A DNA stretch of 64,000 bases from Macrostomum lignano (lineage: Eukaryota): the NCBI GenBank assembly GCA_002269645.1, contig NIVC01000861.1, forward strand, positions 310,001 through 374,000. Direction: 5' to 3'. Made by a program: the position numbers and the translations under genes. Position 1 is the stretch's first letter. Each line of letters opens with the position of its first letter. The notes under the pieces were generated by a model that was not told where the DNA came from, searched no databases, and saw nothing but the letters and a program-made list of their open reading frames with translations. Shown piece by piece: positions 38,794 through 50,774 of the stretch.

Positions 38794-41700
38794 ATGTCCG
38801 AAACAGACAATCTGTGTGACCGCTTAAAGAGCCTTGTTTTGTATAGCAACAATTCGAACAATGCCAATGAGGCAATTACTTTGTACAAGTGAGTCTCTGC
38901 AAGATACTCAGTACTTGTGTTGTCATACATATCGCCATTATTTAAATTAGTTTCAATATTGTTATAACCGATATTTACTCAATTTAACAGACAGCTAGTC
39001 GAAATGGATAGGTCCCAGGTTCGAACCTGCCTGGATAGAATCGATTTATTCGATTTGGCTCATCGCGTTGAGGCTTGTCTGTTGAATTCTACATCAGCTG
39101 ATTTGTCAACGTCGACACTGGTGGACACGCTGCGCGATATTGGCAGCCTGCTGTTGACCAGTAGGCCGCCGCTCGACCCCGAAGGTGGCTCCCTGTCGGC
39201 CAAACGGCAGGCGGAGTTCCTGCGCGCTCTAGACGGCTGCAAAAGCATCGAGGCTCGGGTGTTTTGCGTGAACCGACTGACTGAAGCTGCCGAGGAGACT
39301 GCTCAGGTGTGGAGTCTGGGTTATGCGATTGTGGTTCAGATTTAGTTTATAATAGTAATCACAGATGCGGGATGATGTGGGATCTCAACACTCCAGGATG
39401 TGGGATCTCAATGCTCCACAGTGTAGTATCTCAATGCTCCACAGTGTAGGATCTCAACGCTCCAGGATATGTGAGATCTCAGCACTCCAGGATGTGGGAT
39501 CTCAACACTGCAGGATGTGGGATCTCAACGCTCCAGGATGTGGGATCTCAACACTCCAGGCTGTGCGATCTCAACACTCCAGGCTGTGGGATCTCAACAG
39601 AGCATCTATTATATCGGTTTTCATATAATAGAATCCAATAATAGATTATAATAAATCCAATAATTTCAGTCGGACTTGGATTCCGAAATAGCCTGGAATC
39701 ACGGCCTACTCCGCTGCCTCGCCAATCTGCTCGGCGAAGGCGAAGGCGACGATGATGAAGGAGTTTCATTAGCCGTGTCTGCGTCGAAATTTTGGCTGGC
39801 CGCAGCCTCCGGCGGCCGCAGCAACGGGCTGGACTGTCGGCTGCTGTCTGGCGACCTGTCCAACGTATTCGCCGATCGGGTGTGCCGCCGTGAGAGCTCG
39901 GTTATTCGAATGCGCGGCTTGGAATTAGCGGCCAGATTGGCGGTTAGAAATCCGGCCGCTTTGGTTGCTATGGAAACGGCTGGCCTATTGGGACGATTAG
40001 TTGATGACGCTGTTGGAACGGAGGGCGGATCTGGGATCGGCTCGGATCCTCTGCTGGCGGTTAATTGTCTGGAGGTGCTGGCGCTGCTGGCCACGTGTCA
40101 TCACGGGCTGGCCTGGCTGCAGAGGTGAGACTGGGGATCTGGGATTCGCTATCTAGACATTAGGTTGATAATCTAGGGATTTAGGTTGATAATCTGGGAA
40201 TTTAAGTCAATAATCTGAGGATTTAGGTCGATAATCTGGGGATTAAGGTTGATAATCGGGAGATTTAAGTCGATAATCTGAGGATGTAGGTCGATAATCT
40301 GGGGATTAAGGTTGATAATCTTCAAATTTACGAGTAGGTTGATAATCTAGGGATTTAGGTTAATCATTATCTGGGGATTTAAGTTGATAATCTGGGGATT
40401 AGGTTAATAATCTAGGAAATTCTATAGATAATTCAGGTACTTAAATTTATCATCTAAGAAGTTACATGGATAATCGGGAACCCTTTAGAATGATTGTAGT
40501 AAATCTTAATTAAGATTAACATCATCAGGGGCTTAAATAGTCCGATTATGAGCGGATTAAGATTGATAAATCAAGGTACCTGTAGTTTTTTGCCGCGGAT
40601 TAGATGTATTCTCTGAGTAGTCAGTCTTTTTATCTTTAGATCAGGCCTTCTAGTTCGCCTTGATCGACTCCTGTCACCCAGCGGCGGTGACGTCATCGCC
40701 TCGCTGCTCAGGCCGCAGCTGATGCGTCTGTTTGGTCACGTGACCGCCGCCGCTCCCAACCCGGACACTGTCCTGTCTGCCTGTCCGGGATTTTTAGCCA
40801 GCCTGCAGTACGGACTAGCTTCGAACTCCTCGACCGATCAGGATGCTTTCGTTGCCATGGCAACCATCGGACACATTGGCGCCGGCTCGGTCGCCGGAAA
40901 ATCGGCCGCTTTGGCCCGGCCGGAGCTGGTGCGGCCACTGGCCGAGATTCTCCGGCGTTCGCCTCGTTCGGAGCCGCGCGCCCGAGCTTTGGCGGCCATT
41001 CGAGACCTTCTCAAGGTGAACGGCGACTGGTCCGCTGCCGAGCGATCAGAAGCCGCCACGGTGGCCGAGCGACTCTGGTCCGGTCCGCTTAGTTTGCGTT
41101 TGGCCGAGATTGAAAAACTTGCGCGGGTGCCGTTTCCAGAAATTCGATTAGAAGCGTTCGGTCTGCTGGCTGCTATTGCGGAACAGGTTAGATTCATTAT
41201 TAATATATATTGCCTGTTGTGTCGGTTGTAGATTCCCTTTTATTGTTAAAAATATAAACTGACGTCATATAGTGTAGGTTAGTTCTAAAAATAGAAACTG
41301 ACGTCATATAGTATAGGTTAATTCAAAAATAGAAACTGGCGTCATATATTGAAGGTTAGTTCAAAAAATAGAAACTGACGTCATATAGTATAGGCCACTA
41401 GTTCTAAAAATAAAATCAGACGTTAAATATAGTATAGGTTAGTTCTAAAAATAGAATCTGACGTCATATAATTCTAAAATTAGAAACTGATGTCTTGGGC
41501 TTCTATAAAGTAGTTATAAAATTATTTTTTCTTGTTTTTATATTACAGAGTATGGAGTAATTTGAGATTGTGTACATTGACTAGCGACTATTATCCTTTC
41601 TGTTTCAAATGCCATCGCCATCGCCAACACAGGACTGGGCTGCCAGCCTCATCGCAGCAGAGCCCAGCCTCCTAGAATTCCTACTCGACCGTCGGACCGA

Positions 41701-41875
41701 AGCTACTCACGAATCGGCCGTCAGCAAATTTGCCGTAGTTGAAGCCGCCTGCCGTTGTCCCGGCTTTGCTAGCGGCGTGTTTAGCGGTCCGGATCAACTG
41801 CGACTGCGCCTGCACGTCAAACAGGGCCTGTATTATGGTCCTGCTCAGGCTAATGTGGCCACTGAGGACGCTTGA
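38794..41875 (+). CDS. PSMD5: 26S proteasome assembly chaperone S5b (ARM/HEAT repeats), about 551 aa
   Basis: Exons 38794-38888, 38991-39306, 39670-40124, 40640-41186, 41633-41875 with consistent phases. Motifs DPLLAVNCLEVLALLATCHHGLAWL, RVPFPEIR, and the C-terminal LEFLLDRRTE...SKF...LRLHVKQGLYY...VATEDA. Confidence 0.85.
39366..39600. repeat. PSMD5 intronic minisatellite, 23-bp unit GATGTGGGATCTCAACACTCCAG
   Basis: Directly visible. Confidence 0.88.
40150..40440. repeat. PSMD5 intronic minisatellite, about 21 bp GATAATCTGGGGATTTAGGTT
   Basis: Directly visible, degenerate. Confidence 0.8.
41248..41495. repeat. About 39-bp tandem repeat containing TGACGTCA; related units at 42178-42320
   Basis: Units of AAAAATAGAAACTGACGTCATATAGTATAGGTTAGTTCT. 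Confidence 0.8.
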
Positions 41876-41974
41876 ATTATACCAGCTATTGAAACTGACA
41901 TTAAGACATTTGCGGTGTGCCGACCTTTGATTTCATTTAATATCCAACAGCGTTTCTTTACGAAAGTTGCGATT

Positions 41975-41980
41975 AATAAA
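41975..41980 (+). terminator. Probable PSMD5 polyadenylation signal
   Basis: AATAAA 100 nt after the stop codon. Confidence 0.55.
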
Positions 41981-42523
41981 TACAAAGCATTTTATTTATA
42001 AGAATTATCTTAAGTTCTCGCCAGCTTCAATAGTATGTGTGCTGTGATTTTTTTCAATTTAACCCTTTGATTTGATAAACATAATATTATGTTCATAAGC
42101 TGCATTTCATCTAAATACATCATAGATACTGAAGTCAATAACTTCTAGGGTCGATTCTATAACTTTGAGTTTGATTCTAAAAATAGAATCTGACGTTAGT
42201 AGCTTTCCAGGGTTGAGTCTAAAAATAGAATCTGACGTCAGTGGCTTTCCATGGTTGATTCTAAAAATAGAATCTGACGTCAGTGGCTTTCCACTCCAGC
42301 GTTGATTCTAAAAATAGAATATAGAACTTAGTAGGAATCGTTGGTATCACTTTTTTCCTACACACAATTACATAGTAATTCTGCGTTTTCAGATGTCCAG
42401 CCTTCGCGACCGCGGCAAAAGCTGATTGCTGAAAAAGCCAATAATAAAGACAAAGAAGCAAACATTGAAAATCAGCCAACAGCCAAGGTAGCCGTGTCAG
42501 ACACGGCTAGTCCTGCTGCCCAG

Positions 42524-45500
42524 ATGCCGTCACCAGATCTTCATCAGAGCCTGGATAGGCAGCTTAGCTTAGAGCTGGACTCTTTATCCCAGCAACAGAA
42601 TAAGAGTCCCGGCAGCGTTGCCAGCGGTTGCTATGACAACCCAGCATTTCGAAATTCCTGCCTACAATTGATGACTTCCTCGCCGTCGTGTAATTCGCCA
42701 AATATTGTTGGCATTAGTCGGTTCTCGGATGCGGCTTCAAGCACTGTGCGAGCCAGCTGGTCCTCGGGTTCAGCTGCTGTTAACAGCTATTCTGCTGCCA
42801 CCACCATGTCATCTCCGCCGCTGCCACAGTTGCCGCAGCCATCGCCAACATTCCCGCGAGCAGATTCCACTGCGGCTGGCAATAAATCCACTGGCTTCTG
42901 GCAGGGCGTGCTTGGCTGCTTTCGTCCTATGTGGACGGTGCTGAGTGTCCGAATGGCGGCGACTGGTCGGCGAGCTGCTGAATCGTCGCAGGCGCAGCAG
43001 CCTTGGATGCTGGACCTTATGGACATCTTGGATTTGCAGTTTCTTGCCTCCGGTACTCAGGGATCTGTGTTTCTGGGCGTGTTGAACGGACAACAGGTGA
43101 TTAACAGTTTCATTTATTAGCCGCGGTCTCTGATTGGCTGGAGCTTTTTTGATGTGAAATCTAATGGGATCTTCCATGTCTCTCATTGGCTGAAGCTTAA
43201 TTAATGTGAAATCTAATGAAATCGCTTCGGGTCTCTGATTGGCTGAAGCTTATTTGATGTGAAATCTAATAAAATCGCTTCGGGTCTCTGATTGGCTGAA
43301 GCTTATTTGATGTGAAATCTAATAAAATCGCTTCGGGTCTCTGATTGGCTGAAGCTTATTTGATGTGAAATCTAATGAAATCGCTTCGGGTCTCTGATTG
43401 GCTGAAGCTTATTTGATGTGAAATCTAATGAAATCGTCTCGGTCTCTGATTGACTGCAGCTTATTCGATGTGAAACCTAATGGGATCTTCCCTGTCTCTC
43501 ATTGGCTGAAGCTTAATTAATGTGAAATCTAATGGGATCGCCTCGGTCTCTGATTGGCTGTGGCTGATTCAATGAGAAATCTAATGAAATAGTCTCGGTC
43601 TCTGATTGGCTGAAAGTTATTTAATGCAAAATTTAATTAGGCCACCTCGGGCTCTGATTGTCTAAGGTTTATTCAAATTTTATATCTAATGAAATCCTCC
43701 AGGCTTCTTAAAGCTCTGTTAGAACTTTTACCACGAGCTACGATCTTTTTAACTCGGACAAAAACTAAATAGACGAAATTTAATTCTTGCGGAAATGTAT
43801 CAAATTAACAAACGGTTATAAATGAGTAATGCATAGTTAAATATCAGTAAACTGTTGAATAATTAATGACCCGTTGTACTACAAGCGAGTGTATACCGGT
43901 TGCTTTTGGGCGCGTCATAAAGCTAGCGGTTTTAAAATAACAAACTACATTCATTAGTTGGCTCCGGTTCCAGCATATACTAATTAATTATGATAATTCA
44001 ATTCATCATTCTCGTCACCTTGCTATTTTCTTCGCGGTTCATTTATTATTTTTTGCGGCCGTATTTCTTACTACCCTACTACAGAGCAGGTGGAGTTGCG
44101 GGTTCGTCATTTCCTGTCGGGCAAGGCTTTAGCTGCTTTGGTAAAGCTCTTCTGATAGAAAGTGCAACATTGGGTCTGCGTTATCTGAGCCGATACCTTG
44201 GACTGGCTGGCTGGCTTTTTGCTACTTGGCAAGTTGCCAGCTTGGTTTGCTTGGACCACTGTACCTCCCAGATCCTCAGTTGCTGGGCTGCCAGCCTCCC
44301 AGATCCTCAGTTGCTGGGCTGCCAGCCTCCCAGATCCTCAGTTGCTGGGCTGCCAGCCTCCCAGATCCTCTGTTGCTGGGCTGTCAGCCTCCCAGATCCT
44401 CAGTTTCTGGGCTGCCAACCTCCCAGATCCTCAGTTTCTGGGCTGCCAGCCTTCCAGATCCTCAGTTGCGGGGTCAGCCTCCCAGATCCTCAGTTGCTGG
44501 GCCAGCCTTCCAGATCCTCAGTTGCTGGGTCAGCCTCCCAGATCCTCAGTTGCTGGGCCAGCCTTCCAGATCCTCAGTTGCTGGGTCAGCCTCCCAGATC
44601 CTCAGTTGCTGGGTCAGCCTCCCAGATCCTCAGTTGCTAGGTCAGCCTCCCAGATCATCAGTTGCTGGGTCAGCCTCCTAGAGTGTCAGTTGCTGGGCCA
44701 GCCTCCCAGATCCTCAGTTGCTGTGCCAGCCTCCCAGATCCTCAGTTGCTGTGCCAGCCTCCCAGAGTGTCAGTTGCTGAGCCAGCCTCCCAGATCCTCA
44801 GTTTCTGGGCGAGCCTCCCAGATCCTCAGTTGCTGGGCCACGCGCCCTGCTGTATGTTCTAAGTACCATACAAGCGTATTAGTCACAAAAAGAATCGGTG
44901 CCTTGATCAGTTAAATTAGTTTTTTTACTGCCAGCCCATTTTGTACTTTAATATAGTTTCGCGTCTGTATCAATGTTCCTCATTTCGCCCGATTTACAAA
45001 GCTTGACTGTACTCATTTTATTAACGAACGCACAAGTTGGTACCCACTCCAACCGGGATATCGATTCTTCTCTCTTCTCTTCCCCTTTTTGGGTTGTGGA
45101 TCTTAGTTGTTAATCTGACTTTGCGAGATTGGCAGGGTGGAGGGTGGCGAGGCAGGGAGTGCACAGTGCATGCTGCTTGTAAGTGCTCCGTACTTCAACG
45201 GAAGTACGAGTATTGGTAGTTCAACGATACAAACTTTTGCATTATTAAAATCCTTGCGCCACAATTTCCTTCATAGTAATGCCTCACATATTCTTTATGA
45301 CAGTTCTCTCTCTCTCTCTCTCTCACTAATTGCTGCTCTTCTTACCCTTAGCCTTTCTGGTTTTGAAAGTAAAAGCTCTCGCTCCATATGTCTCCTTGTC
45401 ATGCCACTGTGTACTCGTATTTTACTTATAGTTCTATTTTTAGCAACACAAAAATCCAGTAGTACCGGTAGTTTATGCAGTTAACAGTAGCGTAAAGCTG

Positions 45501-45581
45501 TTTTTGTTACAGATTTTATTACGTTTTTACGTAATGAAAGTCTAAATTTGTCTGTCTATCTATCCAACCATCTATCTATCC

Positions 45582-45617
<36 letters not shown>

Positions 45618-45685
45618 GTCTATCTATCTATCTGTCTATCTATCTATCTATCTATCTATCTATCCAACCATCTATCTATCCAACC

Positions 45686-45732
<47 letters not shown>

Positions 45733-45737
45733 CAACC

Positions 45738-45774
<37 letters not shown>

Positions 45775-48700
45775 CCTCTTTCATACATTGACCCACACTC
45801 CAACACCGTCCAGGTTGCCATGAAGAAGTTCAACGAGCCGCCCGACGTGGAGCTCCGCGAACTCCGCCATCTGGCCAGCCTCCGTCATCCTAACGTAGTC
45901 CGCTTCATCGGCTGCATAGACTCGAACATCTCTTTAGTGATGGAGTTCTGCCAGCACGGCAACCTGTTTGATTATTACAACAACCCGGCTAATTGCATTT
46001 CGGCCGCCAGGGTGGCTGACTGGGCCAAGCAGCTGGCGGACGGCATGGCCTATCTGCACTGCAGTCGCATTGTTCACGGCGATTTAAAGAGTCCAAATAT
46101 TCTATTGTGCGAGCTGGACACGCTGAAGATATCGGACTTTGGTTTGGTACGCCTGCCGGGCGAGGCTGACCAGAGGCAGCAACAGCAGCAACAGCAACAG
46201 CTCTATGGCACAGTACGCTGGATGTCGCCGGAGCAATGTCGACAAGAGATGTGGAGCTATCCTGCTGATGTGTTCAGCTACGGTGTAATCCTGTGGGAGA
46301 TGCTGTTTCAAGAGGTGACTTTTACTGTTGTTACTGTGTTCTGTCGTATGAGGTCAAATCAGGTGTAGCAAAAGCAGTAGGATGAAAATTGTGTTGTAGG
46401 TCAAATAAGGTCATCTAACCAAATCAATCGGGTAGGTCAAATGAGGTCATCTGACCGAATCAATTGGGTAGGTCAAATGAGGTCATCTGAACGAATCAAT
46501 TGGGTAGGTCAAATGAGGTCATCTGAACGAATCAATTGGGTAGGTCAAATGAGGTCATCTGACCGAATCAATTGGGTAGGTCAAATGAGGTCATCTAACC
46601 GAAACAATCGGGTGGGTTAAATGAGGTCAACTGACCGAATTAATTGGGTAGGTTAAATGAGGTCATCTGAATGAATTAATTGGGTAGGTCAAATGAGGTC
46701 ATCTGACCAAATTAATTGGGTAGGTCAAATGAGGTCATCTGAACGAATTAATTGGGTAGGTCAAATGAGGTCATCTGAACGAATTAATTGGTTAGGTCAA
46801 ATGAGGTCATCTGAACGAATTAATTAAGTAGGTCAAATGAGGTCATCTGACTTACAGGTATGAAATTTAAATATCCCTGACAATGATGTCAGTAAGTTCA
46901 TCTAAGTTCACATGACAGACCAGCTGTGTAAATCAATCGAGGTCACCAAAAATCATATCATCGCATTGCTTCGTCCAACCTCAGGTGCCCTACCGCAGCG
47001 TGGACCCCTGGGCGGTGGTGCTTGGCGTCGGTCAGGGCACCCTGTCGCTGCCGCTGCCTCGCCACACGCCTGGCATAATGCGCACCCTTATGGAGGCCTG
47101 CTGGGCCTGCAAGCCGAAACAGCGGCCGGCATTTCGCAATATTGGCCGCTCGCTTGAGGCCAGCCTGCTGGATCTGCTGGTGCTAAGCGATGGCGATTTG
47201 CGTATCCTGCGGAAAGCCTGGTCAGCTGAGATTGCCAGACAGCTGTCCTGCATGCGGCAGGAGGACTTCAAGGCCAAGCTGGAGGCCGACCTGATTCGAA
47301 AACGGAAGGAGGAATTGCAGCACGCCCAAGGTGTGTTTGAATAGAGATTGGGTATCGATTAGTCCTCGTTTGACCCTCAATTAGCGTCCTTGACCTTCTT
47401 GTCCTCATTCGACCCCTAATTCAGTCTTTGGTCCCTATTTAGCCCCTAATAGTCCAATGTCCTTATTTGACCCTAAAAGTGTCATGTCCTCATTTAACCC
47501 CATACTGTCGTGGCCTCATTATCCCTTAATAGTGTCGTGTCCTCATTTAACCCCTAACATTCTCGTGTCCTTATTTGACCCCTAACATTCTCGTGTCCTC
47601 ATTTGACCCCTAACATTCTCGTGTCCTCATTTGACCCCTAACATTCTCGTGTCCTCATTTGACCCCTAACATTCTCGTGTCCTCATTTGACCCCTAACAC
47701 TGTTGTGTCCTCATTTAACCCCTAACAGTCTCGTGTCCTCATTTGACCCCTAACAGTGTTGTGTCCTCATTTATAAACCCCTAACAGTGTTGTGTCCTCA
47801 TTTAACCATAACAGTCTCTTGTCCTCAGTTCTTTCGCATCCTCGTTTATCCAATATCGTGCCCAACACCAAATTCCCAATCGAACACGCAAATCCCCCCC
47901 CCCAGAGATTCGCCAGCACTACGAGAAGCGCCTGCATCGTGTCGACGACCTCCAGATGGACCTGACCAATCTTCGCATGCAGTTGCAACTGCAGGCCCGA
48001 GCGGAGCGCGATCGTTCCGCTAAACTGCGCTCCATGATTCGGCGCCGCTGTTGCCGCGCCTGCCAGCAGAGTCTGCGAGCCGTCTGCTCCCGCCAGCAGC
48101 TGTCGGCAGCCGTTGTCTTGGACCAGCCGCTACTCGACGCCACCAACGCGCACACCGCTGTCGCCGTCGCTGCTGCCGCGTCGATGGCCACCGACTCTTC
48201 AACAAAAACTCTGCCGCAATCTTCTTCGACGGAACAGGCGTCATCAATGTCGCCGGACCTCGGCGATCGCGGCGGCCGGCCCAGGCGGGCCAATCGGCGA
48301 CTGTCAAAGGCGCTGACGCTACCAGCTGGCGGCGTTGCCGCCGCTGCCGCATTGTTCCGACGGGGTGGCGCGCCGCCGCCCCCTCCGCCGTCACAACCAT
48401 CGGCCAGGTAAGGACAGTTGACCCCTACGTAGATTTTTTTCCTCAAATGACCCCTGGATAGATTTTTGTCCTCAAATGACCCCTACGTACATTCTTGTCC
48501 TCAAATGACCCCTAGATAGATATTTGTCCTCAATTGACCCCTACGTACAGTTTTTTCCTCAAATGACCCCTAGATAGATCTTTGTCCTCAATTGACCCCT
48601 ACGTACAGTTTTGTCCTCAAATGACCCGTACATAGATCTTTATCCTCAATTGACCCCTACGTACAGTTTTGTCCTCAAATGACCCGTACATAGATATTTG

Positions 48701-50774
48701 TCCTCAATTGACCCCTACGTACAGTTTTGTCCTCAAATGACCCCTAGATAGATCTTTATCCTCAATTGACCCCTACGTACAGTTTTGTCCTCAAATGACC
48801 CGTACATAGATATTTGTCCTCAATTGACCCCTACGTACAGTTTTGTCCTCAAATGACCCCTAGATAGATATTTGTCCTCAATTGACCCCTACGTACAGTT
48901 TTGTCCTCAAATGACCCCTAGATAGATATTTGTCCTCAATTGACCCATACGTACAGCTTTGTCCTCAAATGACCCGTACATAGATCTTTGTCCTCAATTG
49001 ACCCCTATGTACAGTTTTGTCCTCAAATGACCCTACATAGATATTTGTCCTCAATTGACCCCTACGTACATTCTTGTCCTCAATTGACCCCTACGTACAT
49101 TCTTGTCCTCAATTGACCCCTACGTACATTCTTGTCCTCAAATGACCCCTTTACCATTTGTTTCTTTTGCGCAGAGACGCCTGGGTGCAGGTGACGATGC
49201 AGCAGCCGCCGCCGCCGCTGCAGTCGCAACGGTCGGTTGGCGGCGTCTCAGTGCCGCTGCCAGCTGCTGTGCCGTCAATCGGGGAGCCTCAGCTGCGCGC
49301 CCGTCCCGGCCGTCGGCGATACCCGCCATCGGGAGCGACCGGCTCTGACAACCAGCAGCAGCAGCAGCAGACAGTCGCCGTTAGCAGTGCCGATAGTAGC
49401 AGCAGCGGTGGCGTTAACGGCGGAGGCGGTTGCGGCAGCGGTTTCGGCTACGCCAACGCTCGCCTACCGATGCACCTGTTGCAGAGTACCGACCTGTTGA
49501 CTCAGGAGCTTCAAGAGCACCTGGCCGCCACGGGTGGCAACTCGCTGTCGCCGTCGTTAGGGCCCGGTTTGGGTCGCGTCTGCGACAGCATCGCCGAACG
49601 GGAGCAGCGGCTGGCCCAGTTGAAGCTTGGCAACGACAATGACGTTAAAATTTATTTGCCATTGTCAAATACTACTGGCCCAGCTATTCTAGGCGGCAGT
49701 AGTATGTGCAATAGGACTGCCGCTACCGCCGCTGCCGCTACGGCGGCCTCCGACGTGGCCGCTTGTTTAGCTGCGTCGCTAGCTGAAGGCAACGACGATA
49801 GTCGAGACGGCGAGAGCGACTCCCGGCTGGGCTATAATCGATCGGTGAGCTGACGGGTTGCCCAGGATGTGAAAGTGTATTAACCTTTGTTAAGGGATCT
49901 ATTGTGTACATTTCTTAAGGAGCCAATGACACACCACTTTATATACGTGTAGCTAAATATGTAATGCCGTTCTAATGTTTGTGACCTTAATTAACCTTTT
50001 AAATGACCCCTGTTAATGTCCCTGGATGACCCCTGTTCGTGTCCCTTGATGATCCCGGTTCGTGTCCTAAATGACCCCTGTTCGTGTCCCTGGATGACCC
50101 CTGTTCGTGTCTACATGTAAATGACCTCTGCTTGTGTCTCTAAAGACCTCTGCTCGTGTCTCTAAATGATCTCTGTTCGTGTCCTTAGATGACCCCTGTT
50201 CGTGTACGAGTACCTAGATGACCCCTGTTCGTGTCCCTAAATGACTCCTGTTCGTGTCCCTAAATGACCCCTGTTCGTGTCCCTAAATGACCCCTGTTCG
50301 TGTCCCTAAATGACCTCTGCTTATGTCTCTAAATGACCCCTGTTCGTGTCCCTAAATTATCTCTGCTTATGTCTCTAAATGACCCCTGTTCGTGTCCCTA
50401 AATTATCTCTGCTTATGTCTCTAAATGACCCCTGCTTGTGTCCCTAAATGACCTCTGCTTGTGTCCCTAAATGACCCCTGCTTGTGTCCCTAAATATCGA
50501 TCTTTCAAGGTATACATTTCCTCATCCTTCAATACCTCATTTGTTATTGTTTCCGCGTCCTCAAATGACCTTTTAAACTCGGCCATCCAACGCGCAGGCC
50601 TCCGCCGATCCGAAATCCGAGGACGACCTCGATCTTGACGTCGAAGTCGACGTTTTACACGGCGACGTCGACAACGAAGACGAGGATTACGAGGGCGAAT
50701 TCGATGCCACACTGTCTGGTCACCAGCAGCTGGACTCCGAGCAGACTTTCCGGCCGAATTCTTCAATTATCTAA
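42524..50774 (+). CDS. MAP3K13: Dual leucine zipper kinase (DLK/LZK, MAP3K12/13 family), about 922 aa from the first in-exon ATG; the 5' end may extend to acceptor 42392
   Basis: Exons 42524(42393)-43096, 45814-46314, 46985-47330, 47906-48407, 49175-49844, 50598-50774. DLK-specific [14 protein letters not shown], kinase motifs [15 protein letters not shown] / VAMKK / [10 protein letters not shown] / DFG / GTVRWMSPE / [11 protein letters not shown], and zipper [23 protein letters not shown]. Assignment between MAP3K12 and MAP3K13 is not resolvable from sequence alone. Confidence 0.85.
43120..43660. repeat. DLK intron-1 minisatellite, about 52-bp unit GGTCTCTGATTGGCTGAAGCTTATTTGATGTGAAATCTAATGAAATCGCTTC
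   Basis: Directly visible. Confidence 0.9.
44265..44840. repeat. DLK intron-1 minisatellite, 27-30 bp CAGCCTCCCAGATCCTCAGTTGCTGGG
   Basis: Directly visible. Confidence 0.92.
45548..45774. repeat. (ATCT)n microsatellite
   Basis: Directly visible. Confidence 0.95.
46395..46855. repeat. DLK intron-2 minisatellite, 36-bp unit GGGTAGGTCAAATGAGGTCATCTGAACGAATCAATT
   Basis: Directly visible. Confidence 0.92.
47360..47815. repeat. DLK intron-3 minisatellite, 28-bp unit GTGTCCTCATTTGACCCCTAACATTCTC
   Basis: Directly visible. Confidence 0.9.
48415..49150. repeat. DLK intron-4 minisatellite, 29-bp unit GTCCTCAAATGACCCCTACGTACAGTTTT (alternating variants)
   Basis: Directly visible. Confidence 0.92.
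50000..50492. repeat. DLK intron-5 minisatellite, 23-bp unit ATGACCCCTGTTCGTGTCCCTAA
   Basis: Directly visible. Confidence 0.9.

Noticed and set aside
43990-44914. [14 protein letters not shown] repeat ORFs
   Set aside because: This is a variable 27-30 bp repeat inside DLK intron 1 with shifting frames and no exon boundaries.
50467-50766. Minus-strand ORF as a separate gene
   Set aside because: It is the antisense shadow of the DLK terminal exon 50598-50774, which has a proper acceptor, phase and stop.
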